From IMG/VR virus record IMGVR_UViG_3300045988_175898: DNA of 36,457 bases; one strand, written 5' to 3'. The DNA is from a virus. The stretch's first letter is position 1. Every line of letters begins with the position of its first letter. The notes beneath the pieces were generated by a model that searched no databases, had not been told where the DNA came from, and was given only the letters and a program-made list of their open reading frames with translations. Shown piece by piece: positions 15,694 through 25,296 of the stretch. The position numbers and the translations under genes are program-made.

Positions 15694-17037
15694 ATGGAAT
15701 ACTTCGCCATACCCCAAACCCAATTTGCCGCCGTCATGGCCGAGGTGGAGGACACCACCACCGTGTTCGACACCCCGGGCGGCACCATCATCACACGCCC
15801 CGTGCCGGGCTACCCCAGCGAGGCCTACGTGCCCTACGGATCAGACAACCAGCTGCCCTACGACCTTGTGCGCCTTGTGGCCTCAGACGAGGTGACGGCA
15901 CAAAACAAACTCTTTAACGTGCTCACATGCTACGGCGCAGGCCTCAGGCTCACCGACACCAACACGCACCAGCCCACCACCGACCCCGAGGTGCGCGCAT
16001 GGCTCCGCAGGCAGAACATGCCGGCCTACATGCTGGACCAAATGACGGACATGAAGTACTTCTACTTCTCCGTGGCCGTCATCATACTCTCACGCGACGG
16101 GCGGCGCATAAACCGGCTTGTGCACAAGGAGGCTTGCCACTGCCGCCTCGAGAAGGCCGACCGCCGCGGACGCATCAACCACCTTTACTACGCCAACTGG
16201 CAGGACTGGCAGGAGGGCATTAACGGCGTGGAGCGCATCGAGCTGCTATCGCTCGCCGACCCCTACGCCGACCTTTGCCGCCGCATGGCCATCGACCCCG
16301 ACACGCACCAGCCCACAGGGCGCACACCTACACGCACACGCAAGTTTGCCGTAGTGATGCGGTTCCCCACAGCGGGCGCGCAGTACTACCCCGTGCCCTA
16401 CTGGAGCGCCGTGCTGCGCGGCGGCTCCTACGACGAGAAACGCCTCATAAGCACCGGCAAGCGGGCCAAACTGCGCAACACCACCAGCGTGAAATACCAA
16501 ATTGAGATTGAGCGCTCATACTGGCAGCGCATCTGCATGGAGGAGAACATTACCGACCCCGTGGAGATGCAGAAACGCGTCACACGCGAGAAGCAGAACA
16601 TCAAGGACTTTCTTTGCGGTGTGGAGAACTCGGGCAAGGCATGGATCAGCGGTTACTATGTGAACCCCGACGGACACGAGGTGCGCGACATTCGCATCGT
16701 CAACATTGAGGGGGCCAAGGAGGGCGGCGACTGGAACGAGGACGTGCAGGCCGCTGCCAACACCATTTGCTATGCCGACAATGTGCACCCTAACCTGGTG
16801 GGGGCTGTGCCGGGCAAAACGCAGACTAACAACTCGGGCTCCGACAAGCGCGAACTCTTTACCATGAAGCAGGCGCTCGAAATAGCCTTCCACGACATGT
16901 TGCTCACACCCGTCAACATGGTGCTGTGGTACAACCAGTGGACGCACATCGAGCCCACCATTCCGATGATACAACTCACCACGCTCGACGAACACGCCGA
17001 CGCGAAAAAAGTTTCGACAAATGGAAATAATAATTGA
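15694..17037 (+). CDS. candidate portal protein
   Basis: 447 aa. The size and an N-terminal YGSDNQLPYDLVRLV...CYGAGL segment are reminiscent of portal N-termini. This is unverified, and the 458-aa ORF at 11458 is an alternative. Confidence 0.4.
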   Translation: MEYFAIPQTQFAAVMAEVEDTTTVFDTPGGTIITRPVPGYPSEAYVPYGSDNQLPYDLVRLVASDEVTAQNKLFNVLTCYGAGLRLTDTNTHQPTTDPEVRAWLRRQNMPAYMLDQMTDMKYFYFSVAVIILSRDGRRINRLVHKEACHCRLEKADRRGRINHLYYANWQDWQEGINGVERIELLSLADPYADLCRRMAIDPDTHQPTGRTPTRTRKFAVVMRFPTAGAQYYPVPYWSAVLRGGSYDEKRLISTGKRAKLRNTTSVKYQIEIERSYWQRICMEENITDPVEMQKRVTREKQNIKDFLCGVENSGKAWISGYYVNPDGHEVRDIRIVNIEGAKEGGDWNEDVQAAANTICYADNVHPNLVGAVPGKTQTNNSGSDKRELFTMKQALEIAFHDMLLTPVNMVLWYNQWTHIEPTIPMIQLTTLDEHADAKKVSTNGNNN

Positions 17038-17854
17038 ACGCACCGACTTTGAGCGCGCCGTGCCGGCCTTCCGCTCGCCCACGCCCGAGGTGTGGAACAA
17101 GGTGCAGCGCTATGTGGAGGGCTGCACGGCTGCCTGGCAGGCCCTCATCACCACCGACGCCACGCTGCCCGACCATGTGGCCGCCACGCTGGCCACGGCC
17201 ATCTGCCTGCGCGCGGCCTATGACGCCGTGCCGCAAATGGACCTCGTGCTCACGCCCACGGGCTTTGGCATTGTGAGCAACCAGAACACGGCACCCGCCA
17301 GCCGCGAGCGTGTGGACGCCCTGCGCCTGCAGCTGCGCCGCGATGCTTGCCAGCTTGAGGACCACGTGCTCCTCTACCTGGCCGCGCACAACCTTATGAC
17401 CATGCTGCGCTCGCGGGCCGGCTCCTTGCTGTGGACGCCCTCGCTGTGCACCCTTTACGGCATACGCACGCCCGAGGGCCGCGAGGTGCTGCGCGAGGAA
17501 TTCGACGCCATGGCCACCGCGCTGCACGCGGCAAGCGCACGGGTGGTGGACGTGATCTCGCCCGAACTCTATGCCGCACTCGTCACGCGACAGTATGCGG
17601 CCGATGCCGCCCCCACGCCCAACCCCTCGCCCAAGGAGGAGGCCTACGGCTCGGCATTGCTCATGGCCCGCCAGCTCATGGCGGCGCACGTGATGCACGG
17701 GCCGGGCATTGCCACCCACACACGCCACATCATCAACTTTATTGAGGCGCACGCCGACCAGCTGGACGAGTACAGGCTGAGCCCCACCTACCAAGCACGA
17801 CACGCCACGCTTTATGAAAACAAACAAGCAGACCCCTCCTTCTTTTTCGGCTAA
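17021..17854 (+). CDS. hypothetical protein
   Basis: 277-aa ORF with a 17-nt overlap to the upstream gene. Confidence 0.5.
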   Translation: MEIIIERTDFERAVPAFRSPTPEVWNKVQRYVEGCTAAWQALITTDATLPDHVAATLATAICLRAAYDAVPQMDLVLTPTGFGIVSNQNTAPASRERVDALRLQLRRDACQLEDHVLLYLAAHNLMTMLRSRAGSLLWTPSLCTLYGIRTPEGREVLREEFDAMATALHAASARVVDVISPELYAALVTRQYAADAAPTPNPSPKEEAYGSALLMARQLMAAHVMHGPGIATHTRHIINFIEAHADQLDEYRLSPTYQARHATLYENKQADPSFFFG

Positions 17855-18539
17855 AAGGGTGCGCTCATCTATCAGGGCGCACATTCCGCAGTCGTGGCTG
17901 GCCCTTACCAACGAGCAACGCCACTACCTGTGCGCGCTGATGGCTCAGGGCGAATGGACACCCGACGAGATGCAGGCCTTGTTCCTTGCACGCATCATCG
18001 GCCAGAGCCACCGCGTGCTGCTCCAGCTCAAGGACGACATTGCAGAACTCATGCCCCTGGTGGACTTTATAGGCCAGCCGCCCGCCGAACCGTCGCGCAT
18101 GAGCCACATTGCGGGCCATGCCGCGGTGGACGCCATGCTCGACGGGGTGCCCTTCCGCACCTACCTGGAGGTGGAGAACTACTACCAGGGCTACCTCAAG
18201 GTGCAAAGCCCCGAGGCACTCGACGCCATAGGCATGGCGCTCTACCCCGGCACCACGGCGGCCGACTTTGACAACGCGCACCGCGTGATGCTGCTCATAT
18301 GGCTCGTGGGGCTGAAGGCGCAGTATGCGGGCCTGTTCCCCCACCTGTTCGGCGCGCCCGGCTCGGCCGACCCCGACAGCACGCCGCCCGACCCGCGCGC
18401 GGTGATGATCACCTGCCTGCGCGCCCTGACTGGCGGCGACATCACCAAGCAGCCGGCAGTGCTCAGCACACCCACCCTCGACGCGCTGACCGAACTTGAC
18501 GCCAAGGCAGAAGAAATGAAAGCTTTGAAGCTTTCATGA
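17814..18539 (+). CDS. hypothetical protein (start uncertain)
   Basis: 241-aa ORF with a 41-nt overlap to the upstream gene. An alternative in-frame ATG lies at 17939. Confidence 0.45.
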   Translation: MKTNKQTPPSFSAKRVRSSIRAHIPQSWLALTNEQRHYLCALMAQGEWTPDEMQALFLARIIGQSHRVLLQLKDDIAELMPLVDFIGQPPAEPSRMSHIAGHAAVDAMLDGVPFRTYLEVENYYQGYLKVQSPEALDAIGMALYPGTTAADFDNAHRVMLLIWLVGLKAQYAGLFPHLFGAPGSADPDSTPPDPRAVMITCLRALTGGDITKQPAVLSTPTLDALTELDAKAEEMKALKLS

Positions 18540-18703
18540 TAGTTGAAAAGTTGAAGAGTTGAAAAGTTAAGAGGTTACCTCTGCGAGTTCAACCGCTAAA
18601 ACATTCCTCTTAACTTCTAAACTCCTAAACTTTTCAACTCTAAAAAACCGCCCTCTTAACTCTTCAACTCATAAACTTCTAAACTTAAAAACTCCCCCCT
18701 CCC
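18540..18703. repeat. IPE-13: G-type core, forward
   Basis: ACCTCTGCGAGTTCAACCGCTAAAAC at 18577-18602, followed by ACATTCCTCTTAAC. Confidence 0.9.
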
Positions 18704-19489
18704 ATGAAGAAAACAGACAAGCTAAACGACTACGTCGGCTTCGTAGAGAAATTCAAGCCCAAGCGCACCACCGATGACTGCTACACCCCGCCTGCCGTGT
18801 ACGAGGCCGTAAAGGGCTGGGCTATAAAAAAATTCAACATCGCCCCCGACCGCCCCATAGTGCGCCCCTTCTACCCCGGCGGCGACTTTGAGCATTACGA
18901 CTACCCGCAGGGCTGCGTGGTGATAGACAACCCGCCGTTCAGCATTTTGGCCAAGATTAAAAGGTTCTACCTCGAGCGCGGTATTCACTTTTTCCTGTTC
19001 GCCCCATCGCTCACCTTATTCTCGAGCTGCATCGAAGAGATTACCCACATACTCACCGGCAGCACTATCACCTACGAGAACGGCACCAAGGTTAACACGG
19101 CTTTCGTGACCAACCTGCCAAGCCCCAACGTGCTCATGACCGCCCCCGACCTGGCTCAGCTCATCAAGGAGGCCGACGCACAAAGGCCCAAGGCAGAGTT
19201 ACCGGTGCTCGACTTCCCGGCAAACGTCATCACCTCCGCGAGACTCAACAATATAGCCTCGCTCGTGAGCTTTGAGGTGCCGCGCACCGAGGCCCGATTT
19301 GTGCGGACAATAGGCGCGGCGCGCAAAGTCCTATATGGAGGCGGGCTGCTCATATCCTCAGCCAAAGCCGCCAAAGCCGCCAAAGCCGCCAAAGCCGCCA
19401 AAGCCGCCAAAGCCGCCAAATACGAGCTTACCCCCGAAGAGCAAGCCATCGTGGCCGATTTGGACAAGCAGAGGGGAATTTTAAGTTGA
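18704..19489 (+). CDS. orphan N6-adenine DNA methyltransferase (EcoRI-methylase-like) with C-terminal (AKA)n tail
   Basis: 261 aa. It has DDCYTPP near the N-terminus and VVIDNPPFS (motif IV, NPPF). No adjacent restriction endonuclease gene is present. Confidence 0.55.
   Translation: MKKTDKLNDYVGFVEKFKPKRTTDDCYTPPAVYEAVKGWAIKKFNIAPDRPIVRPFYPGGDFEHYDYPQGCVVIDNPPFSILAKIKRFYLERGIHFFLFAPSLTLFSSCIEEITHILTGSTITYENGTKVNTAFVTNLPSPNVLMTAPDLAQLIKEADAQRPKAELPVLDFPANVITSARLNNIASLVSFEVPRTEARFVRTIGAARKVLYGGGLLISSAKAAKAAKAAKAAKAAKAAKYELTPEEQAIVADLDKQRGILS
19361..19420 (+). repeat. in-frame 9-nt tandem repeat GCCAAAGCC x6.7 encoding (AKA)6AK
   Basis: Perfect copies read directly from the sequence, inside CDS 18704..19489. 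Confidence 0.95.
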
Positions 19490-19730
19490 TGAGTTTATAA
19501 GTTGAAAAGTTTATGGGGGAACCTTTAAGTTGATGAGTTTATGAGTTGAGAAGTTAAGAATATACCTCTGCGAGTTCAACTCTTAAAAGCGACCGCTCAA
19601 CTCTTCAACTTATCAACTCATCAACTTTACTATCCTCTTAACTCTTAAACTCCTCAACTTATCAACTCCCCCCTCCAAGCTTGACATTCCTCTTAACTCC
19701 TCAACTTATAAACTTTTCAACTCTAAAAGT
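19490..19730. repeat. IPE-14: G-type core, forward; longest copy
   Basis: ACCTCTGCGAGTTCAACTCTTAAAAG at 19564-19589. The arms use GTTGATGAGTTTAT variants. TTGACATTCCTCTTAAC lies at 19681-19697. Confidence 0.9.
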
Positions 19731-20249
19731 ATGTTTGACTTTTGCACCTACATGAGCCAGCTCACCGGGCAGAACAACATGGCCCGCGCATGGCAGTTTG
19801 AGCACACCACCTGTTCGGGCCTTGGATACCTTGAGGGCATGCTCGAGCAATACCAGAGCACAGCCAACTTTGTGTGCACCTCCGACGTGTGCCAGGAGAG
19901 CCTCTACGCACAGAGCGGCGGGTGGTTCAAACGGCGGGTGTACACCATCTTCATACTCGCCCGCTACGAGTATGGCAACCAGGCCGACTACGCCGTCAAG
20001 ATGGACCGCTGCCGCGAGCTCGCCCGACAGTTCACCGCACGCATGCTGCACGACTCGCTGCAGCTGCAAGCCGAAATGCTCTACCTCGACACCGACAACA
20101 TAAAGTGCTCCGAGCTGGGCGGCATTTTCCTTAACGGCTGCACGGGCCTCTACCTGATGGTGGGCATGGACGAACCCACCGACCTCACCTATAACCCCGA
20201 CCTCTGGGCCGCCAACACCACCAGCCATGAGCCACAACAGCAGCCGTGA
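19731..20249 (+). CDS. hypothetical protein
   Basis: 172-aa ORF. Confidence 0.5.
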   Translation: MFDFCTYMSQLTGQNNMARAWQFEHTTCSGLGYLEGMLEQYQSTANFVCTSDVCQESLYAQSGGWFKRRVYTIFILARYEYGNQADYAVKMDRCRELARQFTARMLHDSLQLQAEMLYLDTDNIKCSELGGIFLNGCTGLYLMVGMDEPTDLTYNPDLWAANTTSHEPQQQP

Positions 20250-20661
20250 CGACCGCGTGCAATACCTGCGCGCATGGCGCGCCAAGATGGTGCAGATATG
20301 GCAGGACCGGCTCGACCTCATGGGCATTCACCACACGGGCGCGCTGCGCCGCTCTGTCAAGGCGGGGGCGGCAGCAATAGCGGGGCGCGAGGCGGTGATG
20401 GCCTTCAACTATCTGGAGTATGGCATTTATGTGGACCTCGGTGTGGGCAACGGTTACCGCCCGGGCAATGGGGGCGACCTCCACTTCCTTGGCAAGGCCT
20501 ACCGCAAGTTGCACAACCTTGGCGAACCGCGAAAGCGCCGCCCGTGGTTCAACAAGTCGTGGTACATCAGCGTCGAGGTGCTGAAAGACCACATGGCGCG
20601 CATCATGGGCGACGAGTTCAGCGGTGCCTTTGACACGCTGACGGAGCGAGAGAGGGGGTGA
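20227..20661 (+). CDS. HK97-gp10-like head-tail joining / tail completion protein (tentative)
   Basis: 144 aa. The segment HHTGALRRSVKAG resembles the TGxLRxS motif of gp10-like proteins. It lies upstream of the tape measure gene. Confidence 0.4.
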   Translation: MSHNSSRDDRVQYLRAWRAKMVQIWQDRLDLMGIHHTGALRRSVKAGAAAIAGREAVMAFNYLEYGIYVDLGVGNGYRPGNGGDLHFLGKAYRKLHNLGEPRKRRPWFNKSWYISVEVLKDHMARIMGDEFSGAFDTLTERERG

Positions 20662-20685
20662 CCATTGGGCACTTTAAGCCCTCAG

Positions 20686-20720
20686 TTTGTTGCGCGGTAG
20701 TGATTAAAGCCATATCTTTG
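20686..20720 (+). promoter_or_regulatory. Bacteroidota-type promoter TTTG-N23-TATCTTTG
   Basis: TTTG at 20686-20689 and TATCTTTG at 20713-20720. The -7 region TATCTTTGCA is identical to those at 4950 and 27341. Confidence 0.6.
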
Positions 20721-20748
20721 CAAAAAGAATATATACACACTACACATC

Positions 20749-21003
20749 ATGCTCATCATTTTCTGGTTAATAGTTGCATTTATTATATGTTTCTTTCTCT
20801 GCGCTTTCGTAATAGGTATCATTAAAGGTATTGAAATGACGCCCGATGAGTGGCGCGACTTTGTGGAGGACTACCGACGGGAAAAAAAGCAAAGGAAGGA
20901 GAGCAAGCAACTATATAGGAGCATTAAAAGCCGAGCCATTGCCAAATACCCCGGGCCGCACAACTACTCAAAAAGGGAAGCCTACATCAAAAAGCACACA
21001 TAA
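20749..21003 (+). CDS. small membrane protein (moron)
   Basis: 84 aa. It has an N-terminal TM helix (MLIIFWLIVAFIICFFLCAFVIGII) and a Lys/Arg-rich tail. The gene is AT-rich relative to its neighbours and has its own promoter and terminator. Confidence 0.55.
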   Translation: MLIIFWLIVAFIICFFLCAFVIGIIKGIEMTPDEWRDFVEDYRREKKQRKESKQLYRSIKSRAIAKYPGPHNYSKREAYIKKHT

Positions 21004-21036
21004 CCGTGCCGCGTGTCTTTTAACACCCCATCAAGC

Positions 21037-21084
21037 CGTGTTACTTTTGGAACATCGCACACCAAAAGTAACACGCTTTTTTTT
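21037..21084 (+). terminator. rho-independent terminator
   Basis: A 14-bp stem pairs CGTGTTACTTTTGG (21037-21050) with CCAAAAGTAACACG (21062-21075), followed by a T8 run (21077-21084). Confidence 0.85.
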
Positions 21085-24000
21085 ATGAACAACAACGACA
21101 TCAAAACCGTCACACTCACCATCAACTCGGAGCAGGCGCAACGCAAGCTCGACGACATAAACCGCCGCCTCGAGCAGGCACGCATCAAGCGGCAAGACGC
21201 CTTTGACCGCGGCGACGGCAAGGCTCTGCAAGCCTACGCCAAGGAGATTAAAAGCCTCGAGACGCAAGCCACAAGGCTCTCATCACGTGCACAAACCGTG
21301 GAGAAGGTGCTGCGCTCACTCGACTCGGCCACGCCGAAGGAACTGAAAGCTACCATTAAGGAGATTAACCACGAGCTTAACAGCGGCAACGTGGAGCGAG
21401 GCTCGGAGCAATGGCAGGCACTCACACGCTCGCTGCAAGAGGCTAACAAGGAACTACAAAAGATAAAGAACGAGCAAAAGGCGGCAAGCGACGCCAATTT
21501 CCTGACAAACATTGGCGGCAAGTGGCAAGGCGTGGCCGTAGTGTTCGACAGCATCGCCAGCAAATTCAGCGCCCTCAAACAGGCCATGGCCGAATATGTG
21601 AATGAGTATGCCGACATGGCTGAGCACATGAGCGGGGTGAAAAAGTATACTGGCCTGGCCGACGAAGCCGTGCAACAACTCAACGACGACTTTATGAAGA
21701 TGGACACGCGCACGGCCCGGGAAAAACTCAACGACCTGGCGGGCGATGCGGGGCGCCTTGGCATACAGAGCAAGCAGCAGATACTCGACTTTGTGCAAGC
21801 GGCCGACCAAATAAACGTGGCACTCGGCGAGGACCTTGGCGAGGACGCTGTAAAGAACATTGGCAAACTGGCGCAACTATTTGGCGATGCCGACAAAATG
21901 GGACTGAAGCAAGCCATGCTCTCATCGGCATCAGTCATCAACGAACTGGCACAAAGCTCATCGGCAAGCGAAGGCTACCTCATGGACTTTACTGCACGAC
22001 TGGCGGGCGTGGGCAAGCAGGCGGGCATGACGCAGGCACAGGTGATGGCCTTCGGTTCTGTGCTCGACCAAAACATGGTGAACGTGGAGAAGGGGGCCAC
22101 AGCCTTGCAAAACGTCATCACCGCGCTCTATGCCAAACCGGCAGCGATGGCCAAGGTGGCGGGGCTCAACGTTAAGGAATTCACACAACTGCTCAAGACT
22201 GATGGCAACGCGGCCTTGCTGCAATTTGTGGACGCTCTGCGCAAGGCTGGCAAAATGGACGCGCTCGCGCCAATGCTGACGGACATGAAACTGAGCGGCG
22301 CAGGCGTCACGCAAACGCTCTCCACACTGGCTGCAAACATCGACACGCTGAAACAAACCCAACAGCAGGCCACACAAGCCTTTACCCAAGGCACAAGCGT
22401 GACCAACGAGTTTAACACCGCCAACAACACGGCGCAAGCCCAACTTGAAAAGGCGCAGAAAAAGGCGCACGACATGGCCGTACAACTGGGCGAACAGCTT
22501 TTCCCGGCATACATGCAGGTGGTGGGCGCGGGCAACAGTTTTTTGCTTTTCCTTACCAAGGTGCTGCCTTTCATTGCCTCACACGCCAAGCAAATTATTG
22601 TGGTGACGGCTGCCATCGTGTCTTACACCGCGGCCGTTAAGTTGGCTGCTGCCATGCAGAAGGCTTTCAATGTCACAATAGCTGCCACACAAGCCATTGT
22701 GGGAATTGTCAAGGGACTCGGGCTCGCCCTGTCGCTCATGTACTACAACATGACGGGGAACATTGTGAAGGCGCGCGCGGCACAAATCGCGCTCAACCGC
22801 ACACTCATATCCAACCCTTATGCAGCGGTGGCGGCGGCTGTGATAGCCGTGGCGGCGGCCGTGTATCTTTGGTGCACGCGCGAAAAACAACTCACACAAG
22901 CACAAAAGGACCGCATCGCCATCAAGAAGGACGGTCTGCAACTTGAGCAAAAGGCCAACGAAGCCACTGCCGCCACGCAGAGCCGCATCTACACACTCAC
23001 GGCCATCATTCACGACAACAACCGCAAACTCTCTGACCGCCATGCAGCCATCAAGGCGCTGCAACGTATTGTGCCAGAATATAACGCGCAGATTAGCGCG
23101 TCGGGACGCATCACACGCGAAAACACAAGAGCAATAACAGACTACATAGCCGAACTCAAAAAGAAGGCGCTGCTCGAAGCCGCACAAAAAAAGTTGAATG
23201 AACTCATGGAGGCGAAGATTAACCATGAGGATCGACTGAAGCACATGAACAACGCCGTGTCAATACGCGCGCAGAGATTGCGAGACTTTGAAAAGAGTCA
23301 TGCAAGTTTTGCAAAGCTATACAACAGCGTAGAACGTCAAGTAGGCCAGGGCGTTTATGGTGCTGCTACCACGCTTGCCAGCTTGGGGGTCACAAGCGAG
23401 GGCAGGGAATACGCCACCCTCAAGAAACTATACGCAGAGGCTCAAGGCTGGGTGGAGAACGTCAACGGCGACCTCACCACAACCGACTCACGGCTTAACT
23501 CCATTATACGTACCGTGCAAAAGATGGGCGGCAACATCGACGAAATACTCAACCTCGGCACCGTCACCACCCCCACCACTACCACCACCGAGGGCACAGG
23601 GTACTCGGGCGGTGGCAAAGACGACACCGATGCCGAACGGCGCAAGGAAATACGCAAGCAAACAGCAGCGCTCGACGAACAACAACGACAGGAGCAAGCC
23701 ACACTCTTGGTACGATATGCAGCAAGGGACATAAAAACCTACTATGAGTATCAGCAACTCAAACTGCAAAGCGACAAGAAGTTTCTCGAAAAGAAGCGCG
23801 ACCTCTACAAAGCGGGCGACTCAGAAATCAACACGCTGAACGAACAAATAGCCAACACCGCCAAGCAAATTGATGCCTCACGCACCGACTGGAGTCTGCA
23901 CCAAATTGACGTGGAGACGGAGGAACGCACCCAAGCCCTCAACCTGCGGCACGAGAAGGAGCAAATGAGCGAGGAGCAATATCAGCGAGAACTCAACGCC

Positions 24001-25296
24001 ATACAAATTCAAGCCCTCACACGACGGCTTAACTACTTGCGCGACCCTAAAAACAAAGCCACGGCCGAACAAATACACGAGGCCGAGGAAGCCCTGGACA
24101 AGAAAAAGAAACAAGCCGCATACGACGAGGACCTGCGTTTCCTGCAAAAGGTGAACCAAATGCGCCAGGAATATGAACTGAAGAGCGCAGAGGAACGGAA
24201 GGCCGACGAACTGGCTTTCCTTGAAGAGGTGCACAAAAAAGGCCTCCTGTCAGAAGAGGAATATCAAAAGGCTAAAAAGGCCATCGATGATAAATATAAA
24301 AAGGAGAATAAGAACGGCGAGGACGGCGATGACGACAAAGAGGATAAACCTAAAGACCTCGGACAGCCCACCGACGCCATGAGCCAAGGCGTCATCAACC
24401 TGGCACAAGACCTCTCCAACATGTCGCAAAAACTCAAAGACGGCAAAGCACAGTGGCAGGACTATGCCGCAGTGGCCATGGCGGCCATGAACCTGGTGAT
24501 GGCCACCATGAGCCAAGCCACGCAACTCTTCCAGGCACAAAGCCAGCTCGAACAGGCCGAAGTAACCAAAAAATACGACGCACAAATCAAAGCCGCTGGC
24601 AAAAACACCAAACGCACCAAAAAACTTGAAGAACAAAAGCAGGCCGAACTCGCCAAAATCAAAAGCAAATACAACCGCAAGCAAATGAAGGTGCAACTGG
24701 CACAGGCCGTGGCTCAAACTGCCATGAACGCCATCATGGCATACGGTTCAGTGGTGAACATACCCTTCGTGGGCCCCATCATGGCGCCCATAGCCGCTGC
24801 AGCAGCCATCGCAGCCGGTGCCCTACAGATTGCCGCCATCAAAAAACAACACCAGGCCGAAGCCGAGGGCTACTACATTGGTGGCTTCACTGGCGGCAGG
24901 CAGTACCGCCGACAGGCTGGCATCGTGCACGAAGGGGAATTCGTGGCCAACCACCAAGCCGTCAACAACCCCCACCTCATGCCCGTACTCCAACTCATCG
25001 ACCACGCACAACGCACCAACACCGTGGCACGACTCACAGCCGACGACGTGAGCCGCGTCATCACTGCACCACAAACCACCGCCAGCCTCGCAGGGCAAGC
25101 CATCGCCTCTGCCGCCACCGCCGCCAACAACACACCCTCCCTGCAAGTGGTGGACACTGCCACACCTGCACAGACCGAAGCCATTAACCAGCTAAACCAA
25201 CAACTCGCCAAGGGCATCAAGGCATACGTCGTAATGAGCGGACCCGACGGACTCGACCAACAATATACCCACTACAAAAAACTCACCAACCCATGA
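21085..25296 (+). CDS. tail tape measure protein
   Basis: 1403 aa from the ATG at 21085. The ORF-track start at 21013 would read through the terminator hairpin. The protein has long coiled-coil regions, central hydrophobic helices and a TP901-type TMP core-like segment (ASEGYLMDFTARLAGVGKQAGMTQAQVMAFGSVL). Confidence 0.9.
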   Translation: MNNNDIKTVTLTINSEQAQRKLDDINRRLEQARIKRQDAFDRGDGKALQAYAKEIKSLETQATRLSSRAQTVEKVLRSLDSATPKELKATIKEINHELNSGNVERGSEQWQALTRSLQEANKELQKIKNEQKAASDANFLTNIGGKWQGVAVVFDSIASKFSALKQAMAEYVNEYADMAEHMSGVKKYTGLADEAVQQLNDDFMKMDTRTAREKLNDLAGDAGRLGIQSKQQILDFVQAADQINVALGEDLGEDAVKNIGKLAQLFGDADKMGLKQAMLSSASVINELAQSSSASEGYLMDFTARLAGVGKQAGMTQAQVMAFGSVLDQNMVNVEKGATALQNVITALYAKPAAMAKVAGLNVKEFTQLLKTDGNAALLQFVDALRKAGKMDALAPMLTDMKLSGAGVTQTLSTLAANIDTLKQTQQQATQAFTQGTSVTNEFNTANNTAQAQLEKAQKKAHDMAVQLGEQLFPAYMQVVGAGNSFLLFLTKVLPFIASHAKQIIVVTAAIVSYTAAVKLAAAMQKAFNVTIAATQAIVGIVKGLGLALSLMYYNMTGNIVKARAAQIALNRTLISNPYAAVAAAVIAVAAAVYLWCTREKQLTQAQKDRIAIKKDGLQLEQKANEATAATQSRIYTLTAIIHDNNRKLSDRHAAIKALQRIVPEYNAQISASGRITRENTRAITDYIAELKKKALLEAAQKKLNELMEAKINHEDRLKHMNNAVSIRAQRLRDFEKSHASFAKLYNSVERQVGQGVYGAATTLASLGVTSEGREYATLKKLYAEAQGWVENVNGDLTTTDSRLNSIIRTVQKMGGNIDEILNLGTVTTPTTTTTEGTGYSGGGKDDTDAERRKEIRKQTAALDEQQRQEQATLLVRYAARDIKTYYEYQQLKLQSDKKFLEKKRDLYKAGDSEINTLNEQIANTAKQIDASRTDWSLHQIDVETEERTQALNLRHEKEQMSEEQYQRELNAIQIQALTRRLNYLRDPKNKATAEQIHEAEEALDKKKKQAAYDEDLRFLQKVNQMRQEYELKSAEERKADELAFLEEVHKKGLLSEEEYQKAKKAIDDKYKKENKNGEDGDDDKEDKPKDLGQPTDAMSQGVINLAQDLSNMSQKLKDGKAQWQDYAAVAMAAMNLVMATMSQATQLFQAQSQLEQAEVTKKYDAQIKAAGKNTKRTKKLEEQKQAELAKIKSKYNRKQMKVQLAQAVAQTAMNAIMAYGSVVNIPFVGPIMAPIAAAAAIAAGALQIAAIKKQHQAEAEGYYIGGFTGGRQYRRQAGIVHEGEFVANHQAVNNPHLMPVLQLIDHAQRTNTVARLTADDVSRVITAPQTTASLAGQAIASAATAANNTPSLQVVDTATPAQTEAINQLNQQLAKGIKAYVVMSGPDGLDQQYTHYKKLTNP

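Noticed and set aside
16976-17911. 311-aa minus-strand ORF spanning the 17021..17854 gene
   Set aside because: It is antisense to a plus-strand gene that fits the overlapping-operon layout. The translation is Gly/Arg/Ala/Val-rich.
21013-21084. ORF-track start of the tape measure gene at 21013
   Set aside because: These 24 codons run through a 14-bp terminator stem and a T8 tract belonging to the upstream moron. The ATG at 21085 directly follows the terminator and begins a typical TMP N-terminus.
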